The notes below the pieces were generated by a model. It worked only from the letters and a program-made list of their open reading frames with translations. It made no database searches and was not told the origin of the DNA. A program made the position numbers and the translations under genes. A DNA stretch of 64,000 bases from Klebsormidium nitens (taxonomy: Eukaryota; Plantae; Klebsormidiophyceae). Shown here piece by piece: positions 1-10,700 of the stretch. Numbering within the stretch: position 1 is the first letter of the stretch; the number at the start of each line of letters is the position of its first letter. The stretch is taken from contig DF237179.1 of the NCBI GenBank assembly GCA_000708835.1, positions 1-64,000 of the forward strand. The letters run 5' to 3'.

Positions 1-3
1 TAA

Positions 4-20
4 ATTGATTGATTGATTGA
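4..20. repeat. (GATT)4 microsatellite
   Basis: attgattgattgattga read directly at the window start. Confidence 0.85.
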
Positions 21-495
21 CTGAAAATTTAGACGGAACGCAGTGTGCCACCGTCCGATCCGTAGTTGTACGGCTTCCGGGTTCCGAGCGCTAACGACAA
101 GAATTCGGGCCTATGACGTACGGGCGTTTCCGCCGAGAGCGGCGAACTTTATGGAAATTGCGCGCCCTCGCGAACCCTTCCCTACCAATTCTCTGCCAAC
201 AAACCTTCTCACGTGCCACGCTGCAAATTAACGAAATTTCGGACTAGTGCCACAAAACGACAAGCTATCCTGCTGATTTCTACCGTCGGCCGGTCCAAGC
301 TGCTAGTTAATATACCTACTCGGTTCGGAGGTTCGGGGCCGGTTTGGGCGTAGAGGTTTCGATATGATCGTACATGGGCATTGGGTACGTAAGAACGTAA
401 CACCGATAGGCCTACCGGGACAAGGCTTGTTCTACGCTTAAGGGTAGCTTGGACGCCAGGGTACAATAAGATCACCGCCCGGGGAGTCGGGACGT

Positions 496-517
496 TTTGA
501 GTAATAGGTAGGTAGGT
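496..517. repeat. Target-site duplication, copy at the LINE 3' end
   Basis: tttgagtaataggtaggtaggt matches 2486-2507 at 21/22 nt. Confidence 0.8.
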
Positions 518-2485
518 TTTGTGATGTACCATCTGGCCATACGCAGCTCATCAGGTGGAGTCTGCGGACTGGCATACCGCAAAAGCGGGGCGGGGCCCAA
601 AGATGATGTTGAGAAGAGTCGAAGCAGGGACGTTACAATTTTCTCCGCTTCCTGACGTGCCGGTGATCGATGAGGGGTTCGCCTTCGGATTCAGAGTCGG
701 AAGGAGTTTGATTGAGGTCGATCGGTGATTGAGACCTGTGGCAATGTTCTTGAGCGTTTGAAAACAGGGCGTGGAGGTGGCGGGAAATGATGTTGTTGCT
801 GGGTTGGATTGTAGAGGGACCTTTGGATGAAGGCGCTAGGACATGAGCACGGTCCACGAGGTTTGTGAACGGTGAAGTCAAATGAGGCAGGGCCTGCATA
901 GACTAGTAGACTCGTTGGTTAACCGAGCCCGGCTTTCAAGCGGAGCGGAGGAAGTAGGCATGTCGAAATCCTCCAGAGAGGAAAATCGCAGTGTCGGGCT
1001 GGGCCGTTTTGCTGTGGGTTCAAGGGGAGGAAGGTTGAGATCTGGGAGTCTATTTCGACGGTTTATCGCGACGAGTGCTGGGGAACGGGTCCAAATGTGA
1101 GACTCAATGTGAAGCAGAAGCGAGCGGGCTAGCTCGAGAGTGTTGCGCCGCAACAGCTCGAGCAGTAGGTCCTAGAGCCACAGCCTGAGGAGGCCCGGGA
1201 CGGCCACAGCGGGGCCGAACGCGATGGTGCTGCCATACAGGCAATGGTGTTTGCTTTTTATTCCAGGCGTCAGCCAGTGCCGCAAAGTCCTCATCAGTTA
1301 GCTCATCAATGGTTTTGCCAACGGGCAAGAGCTTTAGACGATCTTGAAAGAGCAAGCCACGCGCTTTGACAGCTTGACACCGGTCATGCCAGATGGCTTG
1401 ATAGGTGCTGATAATCAGGGTATGCAGCAGCCGGCCAACTTTTTGAGCTTGTGCGTGAGATTGACAGCGCGGCTCCAGCCAGCGGCGAAAGGAGGTAGGA
1501 ATTTGACCAGCGGAGAAAGCATGTTGATTAAAGTGAGGCATAAGTACGTGGGAAAGCAGAGAAGTCTTCAAGTCAGCATAGGAACCTGAGACGTGATGGC
1601 GTTGAAGTAGGTCGATTGAAGAATTTAGGAGCTGTAAGCGGGCAACCTGGTAAAACGGGCAATGGAAGAAAACGTGTTTAGTACTTTCGTCAAGGTGATT
1701 GCACAAGGCACAGGTTGTGTCAAAGAAAAAGTGGGGCCGAATTGTGTGTAGGCGATGAAAGGTGGGCAGGGTGCGCCCAAGAATTTGAATCATGAATCGA
1801 CGTAAGGAGGACTCGCATGACCGTCTGGAGTCGAGAACTGGTGATGTGGCTTCTTGCCAAATCTCGTCTATCAGAAGGTAATTATGCCACTGACCTCGAA
1901 AGTGATAATGTTTGTTGAGAGCTTTATAACGTTTCATGTAAAGCTTTTGTGCGTTGTTTTCGAAGACATAGCTAGCGGCCCCTTGATGAACCTTAACAAC
2001 GGCAATACGGTAGGTGCGCTGTCTCAGAAGGAATGCGCACATGAGGTTCTAAAAGACTCTGTTTGGCGAGCCGGTCTGCCACTTTATTGTGCTCCTGATG
2101 GTGCTCTTGCAGAGTAAGAGGCCCTAAGCTGCGAAGACCAATTGCGTCACGTTTATGAGCTTGAACATGTACAAATCGCGTTGTGCCGGTACGAAGGCGG
2201 GCTTCCTGCAGGATGCGTAGAACAATAGACCGATCGCCAATGTGTTTGAGTTCATAGGAATGCGGTTGGCGATTCTTGTATTTATTAAGTTGTTGAATCA
2301 GAGGAAGGCGGTCACAGTAGATCGTAATATCGGTGGTGCGTGCGCAATGTAAGACGGCAGCAAGAACACCGAAAGCCTCGGCGCGGGCAATTGTTTGATG
2401 GCCAGGGATTCGAAGCCGTACGCGTTCGTGAGGATCAGCAGCTGGTAATTCCGGAAAGTAAAGGCCGAAACCAGCCAGTGTATCA
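518..2485 (-). mobile_element. 5'-truncated, frameshifted non-LTR retrotransposon (LINE) carrying RNase H and a CCHC zinc knuckle
   Basis: Minus-strand translation gives an RNase H (AGFGLYFPE..HQTIARAEAFGVLAAV..ITIYCD..FVHVQAH..HNKVADRLAK, about 2484-2041). After a frameshift comes the zf-RVT-type region (TLPTFHRLH..CALCNHLDESTKHVFFHCP, C-x2-C-x8-H-x4-C..QAIWHDRC, ORF 1104-2042), then a frameshifted tail ending RKRRKL* at 633. The element is bounded by a 22-bp direct repeat. No RT or endonuclease is present (5' truncation). Confidence 0.85.
2041..2484 (-). pseudogene. Retroelement RNase H domain lacking its N-terminal (first Asp) strand
   Basis: Hand translation shows three of the four RNase H acidic residues in context (RAE, YCD, VADRL). 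There is no start codon, so it is absent from the ORF track. Confidence 0.8.
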
Positions 2486-2507
2486 TTTGAGTATTAGGTA
2501 GGTAGGT
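2486..2507. repeat. Target-site duplication, copy at the LINE 5' truncation point
   Basis: tttgagtattaggtaggtaggt; the RNase H-like reading ends at about this repeat. Confidence 0.8.
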
Positions 2508-3281
2508 GGTATTAGATTGGGGTAAGATTAACCCCGCATGCATGGACAACTTGACGAGTCCTCAGTCACACATGTCAATGCCACGTGATGAGATCAGGGT
2601 TTTGCCGATAGGATCACGATTCAAAAGCCTTACCGCGAACACGTCTGTCATTGTGAGTTGTCATTGTGAGTGGCTGCGCCTGGATAAGGGTTCAAACTTC
2701 AGGGAGGCGAATATGCTGCATAATGCATGTAGTAAGCAAGGCCGCAGTTGTCGGAGGATCACTTACTCTGGAGTCTGGTATACCTACCTAAGTTTAAGGA
2801 GGGAGTCGGAACTACAAGTAGTGAGCACAGCCACGGCACAGCGCATCATGCATTCGAGTCTTGCATCATGCATGAACCTAGTAAAGACCTGACTCTCCTA
2901 GTCTCCTAGATGTTACGTACCATTCGAGTGCAAACCAGAAACAGTCGATTGATATTCTGGCCTCAAATTGATGAACACATTGCTAGCCCAAGAGACGGTT
3001 ACTTTGATTACCTATTGATGAACAAGTCTTCAATTGTCATCGCGGAGCCAATGCAGCCAATGCAGCTGTAGACGAGCTCGAGTAAATCGAGTATCACCTT
3101 GTCATTTGCCAAACTTCTGAGCACGGAGCCTGCGCAAGGGCGGGGGTATCAAAGCCACAAGGCCGAATCAAGAATCAAGAAAGAACATAGTGAACATCCC
3201 TTTCTTCATACAAAGCGAACAACCGTCTACCGCCACACGCTAGCTTCCCGACGTTTGAAAACTATAAGCCTAGTAAGCAGA

Positions 3282-5532
3282 ATGGGGAAGTCTTCTGCAA
3301 CCTTGGTTGTACTGCTCGCCGTCACGCTGGTGGCGGCTGGGAGCGTGTCTGCGGTTCCGGACTCCTTGCTGTGCCCTTTTGAGCTGGGGTACAACCCATC
3401 ATTCAGTGCCGACGGATCCAAGCTCTTCTGCTCAAAGGGTAAGGCGCCGACCTTGTGAGGGACCTGGACTGCTATGCCCAGATGGATTCCAGTGAGATTG
3501 TCGTCTGGCAATGTTTATTTCCGGTCAGCGTAGAATTTTATGGAAAGAAGCAGCCAGTGAACCCTTGAACCAATGATTTGATAGGGGCCGCAATGCTGGC
3601 GGCCTAGAACTCATTGACACACACTTTTTGTAACGATCTGTTGCATCCAAATCTGAGTGTGTCAGCTGCTCAAAAAGTATTACTTCCTGCCTTGCAAGTC
3701 ACAATTTCACGTTGGGTTCGAAAACTAGGGAGAAGCTCTCGAGGATATTCTTTCTCAAGCTGGCGGAAATGCATGCCGATGGCACCAGCATTCGTGGCAA
3801 TGAGTTTATCATTCAAACTGTTTATCTTATTGTTTGAAACAGAGGCCTCTCTGAGGAATGGTTTTGGCAGCTCAAACTTGAAAAGAGGGATGCCTGTCAC
3901 CCGACCACCCTTGCAATCCTGGCTTCGCTTAGTCCTGAGCTCAAGTTGCGGATATGCATAATGCAGGGCTGGCAACAGATTTGTAAATGCCAGTTTGGAA
4001 AACAGAAGGGAGCTTGATCCATCAGGGACTTGGCATGCCCAGTTGCATTCATTCTTTTTCTAGCGTCCATCAAGAAAGCAATAAGCTCTAGAAGCTTAGC
4101 AAGGAAAGCTGCATTTGCAGTCCTGGCGATTGGATCAACCATCCCAATCCGGTAGCTAAATTGTTACAGCTCATCTGCCATGGTCCAATTGTTCCACACA
4201 TGAACTAGTCACTTGTGCTAGCCCACCTGGCCGCAAGAAAAGTCTCCAAGATGCACCATTTTCGCTTTTTCGGCCAATCCCAAGCTGCCACGTGTCTCCT
4301 TGCAGGCCAGGAGATCTTCCAGGTGGACGACGCTGGCATCCTCGCGCGCTCGCTACGCGGCATTGGGACCAGCGCGCAGGCGATCGTCAACAGTTTCATT
4401 ACGGGCGATCTGTCCGTTTTTGTACGGCTTGCTGATCCGGCCGTCGAGATTGCTCTACCGGACGGTCCACATCCTCTGGACGCCGATGTGGTTGCATTCA
4501 TTCAGGACACGTTCACCTTTCCGCCAGGGGTTGATAGCACAGCTGTCCTCCAGGTAAGTTATGTGGGTATGGTTCGAAGGTAACTCAGTTGCTGTGTATA
4601 TCTGCACTTATTTATACTTCCTGCTCCTTGCTTGCCGGACTGGTTTGGCCGGATTGAGTCGATTTGGACTGGAATAGGTCACCATATCCTGCCTTTCAGT
4701 GTGAGGACTAGGTTTGTGCTCTTTCCTCGGTTATTTTTTGTCGATATGTCGAGTTAGTATGCTTTGCGGAGTTTCCTGCTGAGGGACTGAGAAGAAAACG
4801 ATGTGCCGCTCAGAAAGCCAAAGTCTTGCTTGCCTTACATTGACACGTGTCAAGTGATCTGTGATGTTCTGAAGTATGTCGCCGAAACGGTGTGTGCCAA
4901 CAAAGCTTTCCTGAATGGACCTTGACTGGTAGTAGACTTGAAACGACATGCAGGTGAGATAGCTTACAACAGATGGTTTCGAGCTTTTTCCAACGAGTTA
5001 CTCTAATATTCTTCCAGAGCAAACAACGAACGTGCGCACACTCTCCAGACCCACTCCTTGGCGCTCATCCAATCTCACAATATTACCTGCACTGGACGGA
5101 GTTAGCAGAACCTTATTGCAGGACTGCTCAACCCATTTAGACTCCAAAGAAAGCCCTCCCTTTTCCGTCTTTTGCACAGCAATTGGTTCTCATAAGTTCA
5201 GTCCAAACCTTCTGACACCTTCTCCCAGCTTACGAACGCACGAGTCGCAGCAACTTTTTCAAAGTTGCGCAGCAGCCAATGGAAAAGTGGCCGCTTTTGC
5301 TTCATGTTGCTTAAACGCTGAAAGCCGTCCCAAAAGTCTCCTTTGCTTCTGTCAGGTCTCTGACTATCACTTCCTCAGCAACGACGACCCCCGCACGGCC
5401 ACAGTCCACGTCAAGGTGTTTGCAGCCGAGTACACAATCGAGTACGACACCCTCTGGCTTTTCAACTTGGTGAACGGCACGCGGGTCTGGCAGCTCAAGA
5501 GGACGTACAACCCCAGCCTAGAGCCCAATTAG
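3282..5532 (+). CDS. Secreted protein, paralog A: signal peptide, small Cys-bridged segment and a predicted NTF2/SnoaL-like domain (193 aa, or 200 aa with the upstream acceptor)
   Basis: Exons 3282-3438, 4306 (or 4285)-4553, 5356-5532; GT-AG introns with matching phases 1 and 0; 582 nt. N-terminus MGKSSATLVVLLAVTLVAAGSVSA is signal-like. About 60% identical by hand alignment to 14409-16139, with the same intron positions. The fold call is inference. Confidence 0.9.
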
Positions 5533-7799
5533 GATATTCACGTTCTGGAGAGATTGGTCTCGTGTTTGCTCTGACGGTATCCAACGGTATCTGACGGTGC
5601 AACTTGTCTTGGTTTTAAAATCTTCAGACGAAGGATCGTTCTGCATTTAAGAGTAAAGCAGAGGCCCTGAAGTCATGCTTTCATATCATGAAGAGACTAT
5701 CATTTAGGGTGGATAGACAGTTAGTAAGGCTTCCATCGCAGCGATTTTTAAGCCAAGCTAATTGTTGTGCAGCTTCTGGGAGTGCCGAAACTCTGCCACC
5801 TCGTTGAGTCAGGTAGTATAGCTAGAGGTTTGTTAGAAGACCACACAAAACGGAACTCGTTGTTTGTTTCCTGTTTGGCGTCGTGCAGACCCTTGAGTAT
5901 ACAGTCACTTGATATTGACTGTTGAAAAAGGGGTTCCGCGCTGTGTTTCTTTCACATGACACTTCACTTCGAGAAACCTAGTGAGGTCATGGGGTTGTGC
6001 TCACCTTGAATGGAGCTCGGAAGTGATTATTGTCACCAAGCCCACAATATGCATACCTGGACACAAGAAGTTCACGAAATTGTAGCATACTAGGAAGTGT
6101 ATCCCAGTATCAGAATCGGAGCAAGCTGGTGTTTGATAACTTCAGTCTTGAAAATCGCGCGCGCATAGCGCCCAAACCGTACGTGGTTTCCTCTGGATAT
6201 CTGAAGTCGAAGACAAGGCAAAACTCAATGCCTCGATCAGGCATGCGTGAGAGCACGACACGCAACCGACTGACGGCGGCCACTTCAAGAGTCCATGTGA
6301 GATCAATAACGCGCTCCATTATGCACCGGCTCCGATTCAGCGTTGCGGCATAGGTGCGTCAATGCGCCGAGATACGGGGCGGTCAAGCGCCCCGCTAGCT
6401 GGCCTGATGTTATGATGAAGAACTGCCCATGTTAACGCAATCGTGGCTATAAGTCGTCCTCTTAGCGGTTTCTATAATGTATCTCGCCTAGCAATTATAC
6501 TCGATCATGGTCAGAGCTGATTTACAACGTCGCGTCTCGCGCCAAGAGCGCGATGCGACCGTACAGCAGTAGAGCATTACTAGAATCCGGCAATCTTTAG
6601 TAGATTCAATACCTGCAGGTTTCAACGGAACTTATAGCAGTTCAGCGCCCGAAGTTCAGCGCCGGATGCGGAACCTTTTTCATAATTCCCGACTTAAATG
6701 ACTCCGATCTGCGTCACTTGCTCTGATGCGAGTTACCAAAGGAGATGCGTGTCGTTGCTGTGTCGGGTCAGCGCTCCAATAAATTTATGCGCACATGGCT
6801 CGCTAGCCTGGAGATCGGCCGCCGGCAGGCGACGGCGCGGCCGCGACCGCCTTAGTCCGCGAAGGGAGGCCGCAGAGCCCGCTGCACGTCCCCGCTGATT
6901 ATCAGGCTCTGTCAACAATGGCCACACTGCACGCAGCCAGAGTAGTGTCGGGCACGTGCACATGCAGATCACCTCGATGACTGCTGACCAACGATCATCC
7001 CGGACGGTATAGTAAGCGGGCCGGAGGCTCCGGTAAGTTCATCAATTGTCGATCACTTGAGCACGATTGCAAGTTGAACGCACTGACCTTTTACGTACTG
7101 CCAATCTTAACTTTGCCATGGCATGAATTCCAAGCCGCCTCCATACTTTGATTCGTCCGGTCCCTCCTACACAATCACGAACCTATATCTAGTCTCCTGC
7201 GAGTGAATCCCATGAATGAATGTATGACACGGAATGGCTCAGAGCCCTCGTCTTGATCCAGTAAGGCTTTGTAATATGGTACCACTATGAAGCACACATA
7301 CAGACGCCAGTCAACCGATAGACGTCAAGCAAGCAAGTACGTAAGTCTCAACAAGGAAACGTCGATTTGCAGGAGTTGCATTGAAACGAACTACTGAAAC
7401 GGGAATGCGTCGTCGCCGTTAAAATTCAGCGCTCCCGACTCCGTTGGAGCTAGTGGTATATATAACTGAGATCGAGCCAGCGGACGTGCTAATGATTGAT
7501 GTTATCAATATTGATATGGTTAATGATATTTTGCGGCCGGGAAGGGTCCACGAAACCACCGACAACCGTGTGAAGCGCTGGCGAATGACGCGCGAGACAA
7601 TCACCGTTCCGATCCACTGCACGTCGTTTGCAGTGGGCCGTCGAGTCTAATCTCATGAGCGCACCGTGGAAGATTTCCGCAGACTTGCAACTTATATTAC
7701 AGACCGTTTCAAATCGGAAAATCCGACCTCCACTTCTCTTTCTGCTTGTTGCTGTCTTTTTAAACGTCGATCGTCAAGCACTTCCTCGAGTGACCGGCG

Positions 7800-10700
7800 C
7801 TATCGCTTCTGAAGAGGCATGGCTACTTCGAGCGTGAAGAAATGCTCCACCGCGGACCGAATCGCTCGCTCTAGTTCCTCCACAGGAACCCTAAACGGGT
7901 AGTTCTTGGACATCGGGTTGCACGTCCCGTCGTGCGCGTGGTCTATGGAATGCAGGCTTTGACACCGCGCGATGTCTTCCAGACTGTAGTCAACCAGCTT
8001 CTGCGGGTGAGTGTAATTCACCGACTCGACGCCGAAGTAGATGAGGTTCCGCGCGGCCGCCATGTTCCGGAATTCCGTCTCCAGGAACCGGTCCGGAAAC
8101 AGCTCGATGACCGCCGCGTTTTCTGGTAACCAGACCATGTTGGATAGGGCCGCCCCGTGAGATGCGATCAGGATCCCCGTTTCGGACATGGTTACGACCT
8201 GCGGACAAAAGGTCGGACGCTTTAAGATACAGTCCAAGTTGCTGAGATGAATCCGCTACCTCGCTTGAGAGGCTTTGAAGAACATGCTTAGGCTGTGACC
8301 AAGTCGCATGTCTGAAAACCGCAACGAGTAGAGACTAAGACGCGGGAACCAAACGAGGAACGATTGAGAGAAAGTAAGGTTGATCTAGAAGGATCTTCTG
8401 GATACGTGCTGATGTGTGCTCGTCTCCTAAGCTCACAGGATATTGAAGCGTGTTCGATTATCTTTGGGGCCGACTATCTTGAAGATGCAAGCTTGAAGAT
8501 GGACCGCAAACACTAGCGCTTGCGACAATCGACGCGATTGAGAGGACACGCCTTTTGAGTCTCCGTGTGATTTATGGTGGGCTTCTTCATTCGCGGCGGG
8601 GTGGCTCAGTCACGTCTCTAGATGGTCTGCCAATGCAGACTAGTTGGCTCGTTTCAACAGCGCAGAGGGTCGAAGCCGTTTGCTACGAGAGTTTTAGAGT
8701 CAGCGTTAATGGGCTCTTCAGAAGAGGTCGCTTTCCGATCTTTCACAAGCAGAGCAGCTGATCTATCAAGGTGACCCAAGCCTTTTACGGTCCACTGACA
8801 CGAATTCGTTTCAGTACCGTCTGGATTCCAGACCACTTTCGGTGTGGTTAGGGTTTGGAAACGGGTCACTACAATTTTGTCGTCCTCACCTGCTGTCGGA
8901 AGGTCATGTGCGGCTGGCCTGAAACCTCTTGGATCAGGTTTCCCGCCAGCCCTAGTTTCTCAATCACGCTCATGATGTCCTCTACGTTCTCAATGTGCCT
9001 CGGAAACTTCTCAGGCCGGTTAAGGACCGTGACCCGAGTCCAGTTAGCTCTGTTAACAACTGGGACCTTTTGATGTTCGTAAGCCCGTGCCCTGAGCTCG
9101 GAGGCGTCTAGAGGGCCCACCGAGAAGAAGGGCTTGTAACTGGTGATCCCGCCGCGCTGTCCACAGAGCAGCGTGCTGCAGAAAGGAGGAGCAATAGCTT
9201 ATGATGGTGTAGTGACCCTGCGTCAGAACTCAGTTGGGAAGGGAATTCAGCTGATGACACCGTAGAGTTTCAATCTCAAAAGCGTGCTTCAAAAGCTGGG
9301 AGACCCAACTAGATTTTCTGAATCCGACACACTAGAACCTTTGGAGAGCCAACTCCGCAGGACATCTTGCAAAAATAAGATTTCAACTCAGGGGACAACG
9401 TTCATACCCCCGCCCTAAGCGAGCTCGATTGCTCAAAAATGCAGCGAGCGTGCGATACAAGACTCTTTATTGCCGCAGTGTTAGCGCTTCAGCCGTGACT
9501 AACCAAATTTTACTGGCAAAACTGGTATCCAAACATTCAATTCAAACCACCCGGATTGCTGACAGAAGGAGGAGAACCAGGTTTGAGCAAGTCATAGATT
9601 CTGCTCCGTTTGATCAGCCGTTAAGAAGCGTCGGCTCTGAGCTTGACACAAATTTCGGCGGCCAGGGTCTATTGCAAAAAGCGATAGCTTATGCATCGAT
9701 TTCGCAATCGCCCACCTGCCACCTTGCGCCAGGTCTTTCTTGAAGATCGCCTTCGTTTGCGACTGCGTCGTTATGTTCAGGATTCCCAGATTGAACTCGT
9801 GGTACTCCGTCTCGTTAAGCACCAGCACGTAGTCTTGGGGCGGAAGCTCTCCCGACCCGTTTCGCATCTGAGCCTGCGGAGAAAGAACGCCAGCTGTCAG
9901 AAATACATTTTGTATTAGTGCTACCGTGCTTTGTAGGACTCCTGGGCACCTCTGCTCCGGATTTGACTAAACCTCTGGAAGAACGGCCTTTTCGAAGGGC
10001 TTGTAAGCCTTGGGTTCGGTGACTTTCTGCAAAATTGCGGATTAAGTCTGGTCAGGTGTCCTCAAGCCAACCGAAGTAAGGGCGGCAAGTGGAAGGCGAG
10101 TGAGGGCTGCCAGTCAGTCGGCAAAGCTGAATTCAAAATCCTGAAGGAAGGAGCCACGCGTATTTAGGGGATGGCTCGAGATGCATTAATGGACACAATA
10201 ACGGCTGCTAGTGTCTCAACTTTCCGTCAAGCACGCTCGTAAATATTTCAACAGGCCAACCATAAGATACCCGTAGAGATGAGGCCCTCTCGGACCGACG
10301 AGACTTCTGGCTGAAACCTTGATTCCAAGGAATTCTAAGGGTGACAAGCAGCAAACACAACTCGCAATGTTCGGTTGTCGAGCGACTTCACATTTTGGGC
10401 TCGACGTTGTCTTCCACCCGCGAGGTTTTTATAGGACTAGTTCCAGATCGGAGGAACCCATTCGCAGAAAGTCAGGCTAACGGAGGAATAGCTTTTGACA
10501 GGAACCGCAAATCAGACAGAAGTGAACGGGGGCCAAGAAAACGACGGCCAAAGTCTTTGTCAACTCCACTGCCAAGAAATGGCGAACGACATTTCAACTT
10601 TAGGAGCGTGAAGAGCCTCTTCTGCCACGGCATACTATAATTCCCTACGAACAGCAATCCGAAGCTCCTACCTGCAACTGCTCTAAGTTAGAAAATGCAG

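Noticed and set aside
517-600. Hammerhead ribozyme suggested by CTGATGAG on the minus strand
   Set aside because: No GAAA after a stem II and no stem III/NUH arrangement; better explained as a simple 3' UTR hairpin.
6110-6560. Short ORF MERVIDLTW.. and GC hairpins at 6376-6393 and 6530-6559 as a gene or Helitron end
   Set aside because: No recognisable domain or splice partners, and the hairpin-to-CTAG spacing does not fit.
9716-9723. Alternative GT61 donor (CAAG|GTGGCAG)
   Set aside because: Phase 1 is incompatible with the next exon; only the donor after 9716 keeps the frame.
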